A stretch of DNA of 64,000 nucleotides from Chitinophagaceae bacterium (lineage in GTDB: Bacteria > Bacteroidota > Bacteroidia > Chitinophagales > Chitinophagaceae): NCBI GenBank assembly GCA_016720585.1, contig JADKKH010000006.1, forward strand, positions 197,379-261,378. Direction: 5' to 3'. Under the pieces are notes generated by a model. It ran no database searches, was not told the DNA's origin, and saw nothing but the letters and a program-made list of their open reading frames with translations. Below, one piece after another: positions 46,185-55,909 of this stretch; the stretch's first letter is position 1, and every line of letters begins with the position of its first letter. The position numbers were made by a program, and so were the translations under genes.

Positions 46185-47207
46185 TTATTGACAGGAAGTA
46201 ACGATCTGTTTGTCCACAATTTTTTTCATTTTTTTATGAACATCGGCCCTTTCTTCCCCCAGTAAATTTTTTACAAATACAAGGTAAGCATATCCCCTGC
46301 AAAAATCTATCATCGGCCAGGTGCCGAATAAACCCGGACTGGCAATAGATGTGGCCACCCCTTTCTTTTCTTCTATTACCCAACTGCCGAGTGCATAGGT
46401 AAAACCCTGGGCCGCTTTGGGTGCATATTTTATTTGTTCCGGTTTATCCTGCACCTGCATCATCTGGTTCACGGCATCTTCACTCAATACCTGTACGCCT
46501 TTGTATTTTCCCTTGTTCAGCAGCATCATTAAAAATTTCATATAATCATCAGCAGTTGATTTAGCACCCCCCGATGGATTCACCGGGCCACCGCCGGTTC
46601 CTGAAAAACTGGTACGGGACATTCCCAGTGGTGTAAACAGTTTTGTTTGTACCAGGTTTTCAAATTTTTCCTTACTGATGACTTCCAGTACCCGGCCTGC
46701 TATATTCAAACCAACATTACCATACCAGAAATCAGTTCCCGGTCTGGCCCGGCTGTCTCTTACCGCAAATTCATTTACTTCTTCTTCGAGTGAGGCCAGC
46801 TTTCTGCGTTGCAGTAGCCGTTTGAGAAATTTATCATCGTCTGTAATGCCCGTCATATGACAGAGGCATTGTCGGATACTGATAGATTTTTTTGAATCTT
46901 TCTCAAATTCCGGAATGTATTTCGCCACCTTATCATCTAAAGACAGTTTTCCCGCGTCCACAAACTGCATCACCAGTGCCGCAGTCAGCCATTTACTGCA
47001 ACTGGCAATAGGTGCCTGGGTGTTGGAATTAAAACCACCCATTTCTTTTTTGTAGATCAAGGAATCGCCTTTCCAGATCAGGGCAACTACATTATTTCCC
47101 AATATTTGCTGTTTGTCCCGGAGTTCGGCATCCAGTTGGGTCCAGTTGTACTGCGCGGATACAGGCTGTAAGAATAGCAGGAAACTTATAACGGATATGA
47201 CTTTCAT
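46185..47207 (-). CDS. serine hydrolase (class C beta-lactamase / PBP4*-like family)
   Basis: Start at MKVISVISFLLFLQPVSAQ (cat 47205-47207) gives a signal peptide. SxxK motif ASCSKW. The longer ORF would overlap the clpB start. Confidence 0.8.
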   Translation of the reverse strand: MKVISVISFLLFLQPVSAQYNWTQLDAELRDKQQILGNNVVALIWKGDSLIYKKEMGGFNSNTQAPIASCSKWLTAALVMQFVDAGKLSLDDKVAKYIPEFEKDSKKSISIRQCLCHMTGITDDDKFLKRLLQRRKLASLEEEVNEFAVRDSRARPGTDFWYGNVGLNIAGRVLEVISKEKFENLVQTKLFTPLGMSRTSFSGTGGGPVNPSGGAKSTADDYMKFLMMLLNKGKYKGVQVLSEDAVNQMMQVQDKPEQIKYAPKAAQGFTYALGSWVIEEKKGVATSIASPGLFGTWPMIDFCRGYAYLVFVKNLLGEERADVHKKMKKIVDKQIVTSCQ

Positions 47208-47391
47208 GCAGATAGAACTAACTTTATATGACATAGTTTCGGGAATTGAGGGGTTGGATAAGTATTTGCGAAACAAGTTTAAAGTTATTTCATTTTGTAT
47301 GGTCAGAGGGGGGTATTTGTATGAAGTTGTAAATATGGCTTTAAAAGATACCCAACCATAAACTACAAACAACAAACTATAAACTATTAAT

Positions 47392-50031
47392 ATGAACTTA
47401 GGAAATTTTACCATAAAAGCCTCTGAAGCTTTTCAGCAGGCACAGCAAATTGCCTTTAATGCAAAGAACCCGAATATCGAGACGGAGCATATATTAAAAG
47501 CGTTGCTGGACCAGGAGGATTCTCCGGTTGAATATTTATTAAAAAAGAATAATGTTACGGTTAACCTCGTTGAGAGTAAACTGGACGAACTCATCCGTAA
47601 ATTACCCACCACTTCAGGCGAGCCGGCCCAGACGGTAGGCCGTGATGCAAACAGTGTTGTATTGCGGGCAGGTGCTGTATTAAAACAATTCAAGGATGAA
47701 TTTGTAACTCCGGAACATTTATTGCTGGCCCTCGTACAGGGTAATGATGCTGCAGCCAAACTATTAAAAAATACGGGTTTGACGGAGAAAGGATTGATAG
47801 CCGCCATCAACGAATTACGCAAAGGTGAAACGGTTACATCACAAACACAATCACAGGAATTTAATGCACTGAACAAGTATGCCAAGAATTTAAATGAAAT
47901 GGCCAGGCAGGGAAAACTGGATCCGGTGATCGGCCGTGATGAAGAAATTCGCCGGACCCTGCACATTTTGTCAAGAAGAACCAAGAACAACCCGATACTG
48001 GTAGGTGAACCCGGTGTTGGTAAGACAGCTATTGCCGAAGGCATTGCCCACCGGATTGTAAATGGCGATGTGCCGGAAAACCTGAAATCAAAAATTATTT
48101 ATGCGCTGGATATGGGTTTGCTGATAGCCGGTGCCAAGTATAAAGGCGAATTTGAAGAACGGCTGAAAGCCGTTGTGAAAGAAGTAACCGGCAGTGATGG
48201 TGAAATTATTTTATTTATTGATGAGATACATACGCTGGTGGGTGCAGGTGGCGGCGAAGGGGCCATGGATGCCGCTAATATTTTAAAACCGGCATTGGCC
48301 AAAGGAGATCTGCGGGCGGTGGGTGCCACTACCTTAAATGAGTACCAGAAATTTTTTGAAAAAGATAAAGCGCTCGAAAGACGATTCCAGAAAGTGATGA
48401 TTGATGAACCCTCAGTGGAAGATGCTATTTCCATACTTCGGGGATTAAAGGACCGGTATGAAACTTACCACCATGTAAGAATTAAAGATGAAGCCATTAT
48501 TGCAGCGGTGGAATTATCCGGCCGTTATATTACCGATCGTTTCTTACCCGATAAAGCCATTGACCTGATTGATGAAAGTGCTGCCAAACTCCGACTGGAA
48601 ATGAACTCCATGCCTGAAGAGTTGGATACGTTAGAAAGACAGATCCGTCAATTGGAAATTGAACGGGAAGCTATTAAAAGAGAGAATGATGAAGTAAAAC
48701 TGAAAGAACTGAATACCGAGATCGCTAATCTTTCTGTAGAAAGAGATACTTATAAAGCAAAATGGAGAGAAGAAAAGGAAATAGTGGAGAAAATACAAAA
48801 TGGGAAAGCGGAAATTGATAATTTAAAACAACTGGCAGAACGGGCGGAGCGGGAAGGTGATTATGGTAAAGTAGCTGAGATACGCTATGGCAAAATAAAG
48901 GAACAGGAAGAAATAATTGAACGTCTTAACCAGCAACTGGCAACCAGCAACGAGAAACGGCTGTTAAAAGAAGAAGTGGATGCAGAAGATATTGCCGAAA
49001 GTGTTGCCAAAGCAACCGGCATACCCGTAACAAAGATGCTGCAAAGCGATAAAGAAAAATTATTAAAACTGGAAGACCACTTGCATGAAAGGGTAGTGGG
49101 ACAGGATGAAGCTATTGCTGCCGTTGCCGATGCGATACGAAGAAGCCGTGCCGGATTGCAGGACCCGAAGAAACCCATTGGGTCTTTTATCTTTCTGGGT
49201 ACTACCGGTGTGGGTAAAACAGAATTAGCAAAAACACTGGCCGCTTATTTGTTCGATGATGAAAGTATGATGACGCGGATCGACATGAGTGAGTACCAGG
49301 AAAAACATACGGTTTCCAGGTTGGTGGGTGCCCCTCCGGGTTATGTGGGCTATGAAGAAGGCGGACAGTTAACTGAATCGGTGCGACGCAAACCTTATAG
49401 CGTGGTATTGCTTGATGAAATTGAAAAAGCACACCCGGATGTATGGAATGTATTGTTGCAGGTACTTGATGATGGCCGCTTAACAGATAACAAAGGCCGG
49501 GTGGTGAATTTTAAAAACACCATCATCATCATGACCAGCAATATCGGCAGTCATTTGATACAGGATGCCTTTGAGAAAGTGAAGGAAGATACTGTTGAAG
49601 AAGTAACGGACAAAGCAAAATTGGAAGTAATGACCTTACTCCGCCAAACCATACGTCCGGAATTTCTGAACCGCGTGGATGAGATCATCATGTTCCGCCC
49701 GTTGATGCGCAAAGAAATTAAAGGCATCGTAAAGATACAGTTGGACAACCTGCGGAAATTAGTTGCCGGCAGTGGTATTAATTTACAATTCAGTGATTAT
49801 GCGCTGGAGTTCCTCGCTGAACAGGGCTTTGACCCGCAGTTTGGTGCAAGACCATTAAAGCGATTGATACAAAAGGAAATTGTAAACCAGCTGAGTAAAC
49901 GGATACTGGCGGGTGATATTGATAAAACACAGCCGGTATTGGTTGATGTATTTGATAATATGGTGGTGTTCAGGAATGAGACAGCGGCTGAGTCTAAGCC
50001 GAAGAATAAGGAAAAGAAAATGACTTCATAA
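47392..50031 (+). CDS. clpB: ATP-dependent chaperone ClpB
   Basis: 879 aa with two AAA+ modules ([18 protein letters not shown]), a long middle coiled coil, and N-domain repeats. Confidence 0.95.
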   Translation: MNLGNFTIKASEAFQQAQQIAFNAKNPNIETEHILKALLDQEDSPVEYLLKKNNVTVNLVESKLDELIRKLPTTSGEPAQTVGRDANSVVLRAGAVLKQFKDEFVTPEHLLLALVQGNDAAAKLLKNTGLTEKGLIAAINELRKGETVTSQTQSQEFNALNKYAKNLNEMARQGKLDPVIGRDEEIRRTLHILSRRTKNNPILVGEPGVGKTAIAEGIAHRIVNGDVPENLKSKIIYALDMGLLIAGAKYKGEFEERLKAVVKEVTGSDGEIILFIDEIHTLVGAGGGEGAMDAANILKPALAKGDLRAVGATTLNEYQKFFEKDKALERRFQKVMIDEPSVEDAISILRGLKDRYETYHHVRIKDEAIIAAVELSGRYITDRFLPDKAIDLIDESAAKLRLEMNSMPEELDTLERQIRQLEIEREAIKRENDEVKLKELNTEIANLSVERDTYKAKWREEKEIVEKIQNGKAEIDNLKQLAERAEREGDYGKVAEIRYGKIKEQEEIIERLNQQLATSNEKRLLKEEVDAEDIAESVAKATGIPVTKMLQSDKEKLLKLEDHLHERVVGQDEAIAAVADAIRRSRAGLQDPKKPIGSFIFLGTTGVGKTELAKTLAAYLFDDESMMTRIDMSEYQEKHTVSRLVGAPPGYVGYEEGGQLTESVRRKPYSVVLLDEIEKAHPDVWNVLLQVLDDGRLTDNKGRVVNFKNTIIIMTSNIGSHLIQDAFEKVKEDTVEEVTDKAKLEVMTLLRQTIRPEFLNRVDEIIMFRPLMRKEIKGIVKIQLDNLRKLVAGSGINLQFSDYALEFLAEQGFDPQFGARPLKRLIQKEIVNQLSKRILAGDIDKTQPVLVDVFDNMVVFRNETAAESKPKNKEKKMTS

Positions 50032-50033
50032 AG

Positions 50034-50068
50034 AAAAGCCCTGACGTGAGTTGGGGCTTTTGATTTTT
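50034..50068 (+). terminator. Rho-independent terminator after clpB
   Basis: aaaagccc (50034-50041) / gggctttt (50054-50061) followed by GATTTTT. Confidence 0.7.
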
Positions 50069-50305
50069 CAAGACGTTTTGTTTGCCTGAAGGCTGGCACC
50101 AACAAAGACGTATTTTTTTAAAATATTCTTATCGTTAAAGTAACTCACCGAAACTTCTGGTTTCGCAGTTTAATTCTGACTGCTTGCCTGTTCCCAATTA
50201 TTTTTTTAATGGGTTAGCATCCATTTAACAGGGTATGTGAACATGGCCCTGAATCGGTATATTTGATTGCAAAGAATTAAGAAAAATTATATAATCAATA
50301 GCCGG

Positions 50306-53300
50306 ATGAAAGTGATCAGCAGGGGATATGTTCTTGGAGTCTTGTTCAGTTGTATTTTAATGGTGTCTTATGCCCAACCCCAGATCGGCGATGCGACGCT
50401 GCAGATCAATGCGGGAGGACACCTGGCCCAGATATCAGAGTCAATTGTTACCAGCGATGGTAAGTATATCATCACAACCAGTACGGATAAAACGGTCTGC
50501 ATCTGGGATGCCGTTAATAAAAAATTGGTTGACCAGATCCGGGGGGCCAAGTCGGTTTTCAACCAGGGAAAGCTTTATTCAGTGGCTATTTCACCTGATA
50601 ACCGTTTTTAGCGGTGGGTGGTTTCTGGCTATCGGTACCGAGACAGATGGTGATCTCGCCGGGCAGATCAGGATATATGATTTTGCATCCCGGAAACAAG
50701 TGCTTCGTTTGAAAGCCCATTCAAATGTAGTGACAGCCCTGCGTTTTTCCGGTGATAGTAAATTCCTGTTTTCCGGTGCCTATGACGATCCGGTAATTGC
50801 CTGGAAGATCAGCGGCCCGGTTAATAAACCTTTATTTACGATCAGTAAGAAAATAGTGAGAAGCGGCCACGACCTCGAGGACATACAAACTTTCGGCAAT
50901 ACGGTTTTAGTTACTGAAGAAAACCAAATTACAAAGTATAGCCTGCCTTCAATGATCCAAAAAGGGATAAGCAAAAAAACTATAAAGGGAGAATTACTTC
51001 AATTGCTGTTAACAGCAGCAAAATAGAATTGTGATCACATCCAACTGAAAAGAGCTTGTGATCATGGATACAACACTAAAAGAATTACAGGTTATTAGTT
51101 TGAATGAGTCATCGACCCGTTGTGCTATTTCACCCAACGGTCAATATGGTGACAGAAGGCAAAGACAGCAAGGCCGATTTTTTTCATTTTGGAAAGCAGG
51201 CAGCTATAAGGCATCAGGCAGTATTGATTTTCCGGGTGGCAGCACCGTGCTTGGAATGGGCTTTTGGGAAATAATGAATTTTACGTGGTAGGAGGTCCGT
51301 TAAACATTTTACAGTTTTATAGCATTAAGGAAAATGCCCTTACAATTGCTGATGTAAATCCCGGTGTTACCCTCTCGGGGGCCGGCAGAACGTTTACAGG
51401 AATAGCAGTGCATGATAAAAATCTTGCTCTTAATGATGACTCCAAAGCCACCACCAATTCATCAGCAGATTTCAAATATATTTTCAATACAGAAGCAGGA
51501 CGGCTGCAAAATTTTGTTGTTGCTGATTCATTGTTGTACCCGTTGGATCCGATAGAAAGGATAGCATCCGCATTTCTGTTGATGGCAGCGCCACACAAAT
51601 GTATATCTATACCCATGATTCTGTAACAGGGACGATCCGGAGGGATGGTGGAAACGGGTATCAGCACGTTTGCGCGACTGTCACTACAAAGCACCAGGTC
51701 ATTTCGTAGTGCTGCAGGTTTTGAACCTGTATAATAATAAGGGCGAAATGCTGGCAGCCTTTATCGGTCATGAGGGGGATGTAAAAAGTATCCAGGAAAC
51801 GAAAGATGGCAATTTCCTTTTTTCTACCAGCCTGGACAAGACGATCCGGATGTGGGACCTGCGCCAGGTAAAGAATCAGCTTTCCTTCAGAACCTACACG
51901 GATCTGGAAATTGGTTGGAAGCAGTTTATTTCAAAATACTACCCGGCGTTTGATTCATCAGCAGCAAATCCGATAGAGTGGCTTTATAATGAAATGATGA
52001 AAGAGGGAAGTGAGGCCAGTGCTGTCAATGCCACTTACCTTATTTTGCCGCAATATATAGAACCACGGTTGAACATGTTTATAGCGGAGAATAATGAATG
52101 GGTGATGTGGAATAATAAAGGCTATTTCAAAGCTTCGGGCAACGGGGCCGCTTATATCGGCTGGTATGTTTATAAAGGGGAAGATACGGATGCAGAATTT
52201 TATACTGCGGATAAACTCTATGATAATTATTACCGGCCAGACATTATCAACCGCCTGTTGTTTTCAAATGAGTACACAGCCGATATTTTAAGAAATAGTA
52301 AAGACGTTTCTAATCTTTCGATTGCAGAGCAGGTAAGCAATATGCCGGTACTCAGGCTGGAAAAACTAGTGGATACGGCCCAGCTTACGGATAAACATAT
52401 CAATCTTAAATTTTCAGTTGATAATAAAGAATTTTTGGGTGATGTATTGCTTTATCAGAATGGAAAACGGATCACAGTCAATGCTGACATGATCAGGGGC
52501 CTGAAAGTAGGTGCTCCCGGTATTCCGGTTGAACTTGTTACAGGGGAAAATTTATTTGTGGCTTCTGTGCTGAATAAAAACAAGGTGGAAAGCACACCGA
52601 TAAAATTTAAACTGACTTATATCGGCGCCAGGCCTTCCAGTAATTTATATATCCTGGCTGTAGGTGTTGACCGGTATAAAAATAACCGGTATAACCTGAA
52701 TTATGCCAAAGCCGATGCTTCTGGTATCGTGCAACAACTGGCGGGTTCTGCGAAAACAATTTTTAAGAATATACAGGTGGACTCCCTGTTTGACGAAGAA
52801 GCTACGGTGGAAAATCTCACTGGTAAAATGGAGCTGTTGCAGAAGAAAATAAAACCGGAAGATGTATTTCTTTTTTTCTTCGCGGGCCATGGAATCATGA
52901 ATGACCCGGTGGATGCCACAAAACCTGATTTCTATCTTGTATTGCATAAGGTGACACAGATGACAGGCAATGAAACCATGCTGAAAGAAAATGCATTATC
53001 CGCGACAGGTTTGAAGGACCTGCTGCTGAATATACCGGCACAAAAACAATTGGTGCTGCTCGATGAATGCAATTCAGGGGTGCTATTACCACACTAACCC
53101 GGGGGACCTTCGGAAGAGGCAGCCATCTTCCAGTTAGCACGAAGTACCGGGTTCACGGTTTTATCTTCCACCAGCCAGGAGCAGTTTGCTTCGGAGATGA
53201 AAGCCTTGGGTCATGGCCTGTTCACTTATGCACTGTTAAATGGACTGAATGGTGAGGCCGACCTGAAGAAAGATGGAAAGATCACCGTAAAGGAGATAGA

Positions 53301-53415
53301 GCTTTATATTAATGAGGTTATCCCGTCGTTATCAGAAAAATATAAAGGGTCGCAACAATTTCCCCAGTCATTTTCAAGGGGTATGGATTTCCCGTTAACG
53401 ATAAAACATGAATAA
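50306..53415 (+). pseudogene. WD40-repeat + caspase-like (peptidase C14) exported protein, heavily degraded
   Basis: Signal peptide MKVISRGYVLGVLFSCILMVSYAQ. WD40-like units are present (SDGKYIITTSTDKTVCIWD, FSGDSKFLFSGAYDDPVIAW, KDGNFLFSTSLDKTIRMWDL). The C14 motifs are FFFAGHG and LLDECNSG. The reading frame is broken at least 7 times (details in findings). Confidence 0.8.
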
Positions 53416-53555
53416 ATTGATTTGACTATTTATTGCAGCAATTATAAGATGAGTTATCGATCTGTTATCTGCCTGGCTATAGCCTGAAAAATTAGAAGAA
53501 GGCAGCAGACCGTTATTAAGTCCCGGATGATATCAGCCGGTTTCTGCAAAGAAAG

Positions 53556-53598
53556 ATAAAATAATAAATGAGGCCGCATGCATTGCTTAGCCCCATTT
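53556..53598 (-). terminator. Rho-independent terminator after the 53628..54032 gene
   Basis: On the minus strand aaatggggc / gcctcattt forms a stem with one G-U pair, followed by a T-rich tail. Confidence 0.5.
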
Positions 53599-53627
53599 AT
53601 TGAATGGATAGTCAATAATATTCAGTC

Positions 53628-54032
53628 TTAATTTACTTGTGCAAAATCCTGAGCAAGCCGGGAAAAACGGTTCACGCTATATACGACTGTTTTACCGGTT
53701 TTTTTACTGAGGATTTCAAACAAAAGGGTGTCATCACCAATTTCATCCGTGTTCAGCAAAAACTTCTTTGTAAAATTTTCACCTTTAATGTTTTCCCGGT
53801 ACAGGGAGTTGCCATTTTCATCCCTGATACTGATAGTAAACTCATCCTGCTGTGCATTCCCGTAAAAACTCAACTGGAACATCGGCTGGTTATTAAGCAA
53901 CCCCGCAAATTTCATTTCTACCGGCACAGAAGGATTTTTGTCATGGGCCATTACAGCCGGCGAAGTAGCTACTGAGAATACCGTAAAAAAAGCAAGGGCG
54001 ATTAAACGGTTGTTGTTGAAGATCTTTTTCAT
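53628..54032 (-). CDS. hypothetical secreted protein
   Basis: Start at MKKIFNNNRLIALAFFTVFSVATSPAVMA (cat 54030-54032) gives a signal peptide. 134 aa, no family recognised. Confidence 0.55.
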   Translation of the reverse strand: MKKIFNNNRLIALAFFTVFSVATSPAVMAHDKNPSVPVEMKFAGLLNNQPMFQLSFYGNAQQDEFTISIRDENGNSLYRENIKGENFTKKFLLNTDEIGDDTLLFEILSKKTGKTVVYSVNRFSRLAQDFAQVN

Positions 54033-54734
54033 AATTAATGGTTTAAAGGTTAATGATCTTTGATTCAAATAAAAAAGTGCGGCAGTAATCGTGTGATGAA
54101 TAAAAAATAATGGCAAACAAAAGGGCAAGTAGTTGTAACGGATTCCGGTGTTTTCCGGAATAAAGCAATAGGATGTTGCTTTGATGTTGTAAAAATAGTT
54201 GGTCTGCCAGGCCCTTCCAAACAAGCTTAGGGTTGTTATCAGCACAGCCAACAAATTGATCAGGGTTGTAAATCATTAACAGTCATGATCATTACTTCAA
54301 TGAAATCAAAGATGTCCAAGAAGCCTAAAGGGATTGAAACTGGCTTTTAAAAACTTAGAATTTCCTGAATACGTTGTAATCCGGGTTGAGTTCGATGCGA
54401 AGTATGCAGGAGATAATCAGCAATTGTAAAATCATTGATATGCGGGCAAAACAAGTGCTTTCCTGGCGGCCGGCATGGATTAACACTTTGCTAAGAGATA
54501 AAATTGCCCAAAATAGTGTGTAACTAATTGATTTTCAATAAGAGACTTGCGTGTTAGGAAATTACTGATAACTGGATTTGGCAGGGTGCAGAAAAATATT
54601 ATCTTCAAGCGGTTCGGGGATATGCCGGATTGGCATAAGGACCTTTCTTTCAACTATATGGCGGGAAAATTGTTAATCATTAATACCAGCTCAGAAACCA
54701 GGTAAGGGATGAACTGAAAAAAAGGAGAACTATA

Positions 54735-55324
54735 ATGGCTTTTAAAAAAAGATGACGTAATTATTATTGAACCCAGAGAAATGTTTGTAGGCAATATAGA
54801 TGCCCCTGTTACACTCATGGAATTTGGTGAATACGAAAGTGAAGAATGTGCAAAAGTAAATGAGGTGGTAAAACAATTGCTGGAAGAATATGAAGGAAAG
54901 ATCAGGTTCCAGTTTCGCCACTTCCGCTGACATTAATTCACCAACGAAGCCTGAAAGCCAGTGAATCAGCTGTGGCTGCAGGTCAGGAAGGTAAATTCTG
55001 GGAATGCATAATGTGCTTTTCAGCAACCGCCGGAACCTGGGCACTACCAGTTTGAAATTACACAGCAAAGAAGCCGGTGTTCATAATAAAAAATTTTTAG
55101 ATGAACTGGTTAACGGAGTATATGGCTGGCAGGTACAGGATGATCTGAAAGAAGGAATTAACCGGGGCGTAAAAGAAATTCCCGCTTTTTTTATAAACGA
55201 TGTACCGTTTACACTGAAACCCACATTTAGTAACCTGAGTGCGGCCCTTGATTTAGCGATCAAGAAAACCAAGAGCAAACCAGCGGCTAAAAAAACACTG
55301 TCAAAGACCAAACAAAAGGTTTAA
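54735..55324 (+). pseudogene. DsbA-like thioredoxin-fold oxidoreductase, three frameshifts
   Basis: Conceptual repair gives MAFKK|DDVIIIEP..VTLMEFGEYE..IRFQFRHF|PLTLIHQRSLKASESAVAAGQEGKFWE|MHNVLF..GVKEIPAFFINDV. The breaks are at the A7 run 54744-54750, the CC at 54924-54925 and the AA at 55003-55004. Only one Cys is present where CxxC is expected. Confidence 0.7.
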
Positions 55325-55343
55325 CCTGTTTAAAATACAAGTA

Positions 55344-55377
55344 ATATCCCGTTTCCATTGGAAGCGGGATATTTTTT
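55344..55377 (+). terminator. Rho-independent terminator
   Basis: atatcccg(t)ttcc / ggaa(g)cgggatat forms a stem at 55344-55372 with a 3-nt loop, followed by TTTTTT. Confidence 0.75.
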
Positions 55378-55381
55378 AAAC

Positions 55382-55418
55382 AAAAACCCTGTAACGTTTT
55401 AAACGAAACAGGGTTTTT
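55382..55418 (-). terminator. Bidirectional-geometry terminator downstream of the RRM gene
   Basis: 11-bp stem aaaaaccctgt (55382-55392) / acagggttttt (55408-55418). Confidence 0.7.
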
Positions 55419-55476
55419 AAATTAAATCAGTTGTTATTACCAACGATTATTTGAGTAAGCAGGTCTTGCAGGCCTG

Positions 55477-55731
55477 TCAGCTCTTTTCTTCTTTAGGTCT
55501 GGCAACGTTCACTTTGATAGAACGACCGTCAACCGTAGCACCATCCAGTTCAGCAATAGCTTTCTGGGCAGCAGCATCATCACTCATTTCCACGAAACCA
55601 AAGCCTTTGCTGCGGTTAGTGTATTTGTCCATAATAACTTTTGCAGAAGTAACTTCTCCGTACTCAGCAAAATAACTTTTTAAGTCTTCGTCCACAACGG
55701 CGAAGCTTAGATTTGAAACATAAATGTTCAT
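55477..55731 (-). CDS. RNA-binding protein (RRM domain)
   Basis: 84 aa with RNP-2 IYVSNL and RNP-1 KGFGFVEM. Confidence 0.9.
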   Translation of the reverse strand: MNIYVSNLSFAVVDEDLKSYFAEYGEVTSAKVIMDKYTNRSKGFGFVEMSDDAAAQKAIAELDGATVDGRSIKVNVARPKEEKS

Positions 55732-55909
55732 GTAAAAAAATTAACTTTTAAAATTCTTGAGAATAACGCAAGGTAAAGAAGACTAACTATTAGCAGAAAA
55801 ATGCGTAGCAGAAAAAATCGTTCACTTACAAAATGCTCTATCGCTCAAATTAACTCTGCAAAGGTAGTGGTAAATATTCACTTTGTCTGTTTTATTTTGA
55901 AGCGAATCG

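Noticed and set aside
47433-50105. Minus-strand ORFs inside clpB (47433..48044, 48099..48434, 48885..49178, 49202..49432, 49551..49748, 49797..50105)
   Set aside because: They are shadow ORFs within a confidently identified, full-length clpB and have Ser/Ala-rich nonsense translations.
51046-51048. In-frame TGA inside the WD40-caspase gene as possible selenocysteine or programmed readthrough
   Set aside because: The gene carries many additional frameshifts and another in-frame stop, and no SECIS-like hairpin follows the codon. Ordinary pseudogene decay is far more likely.
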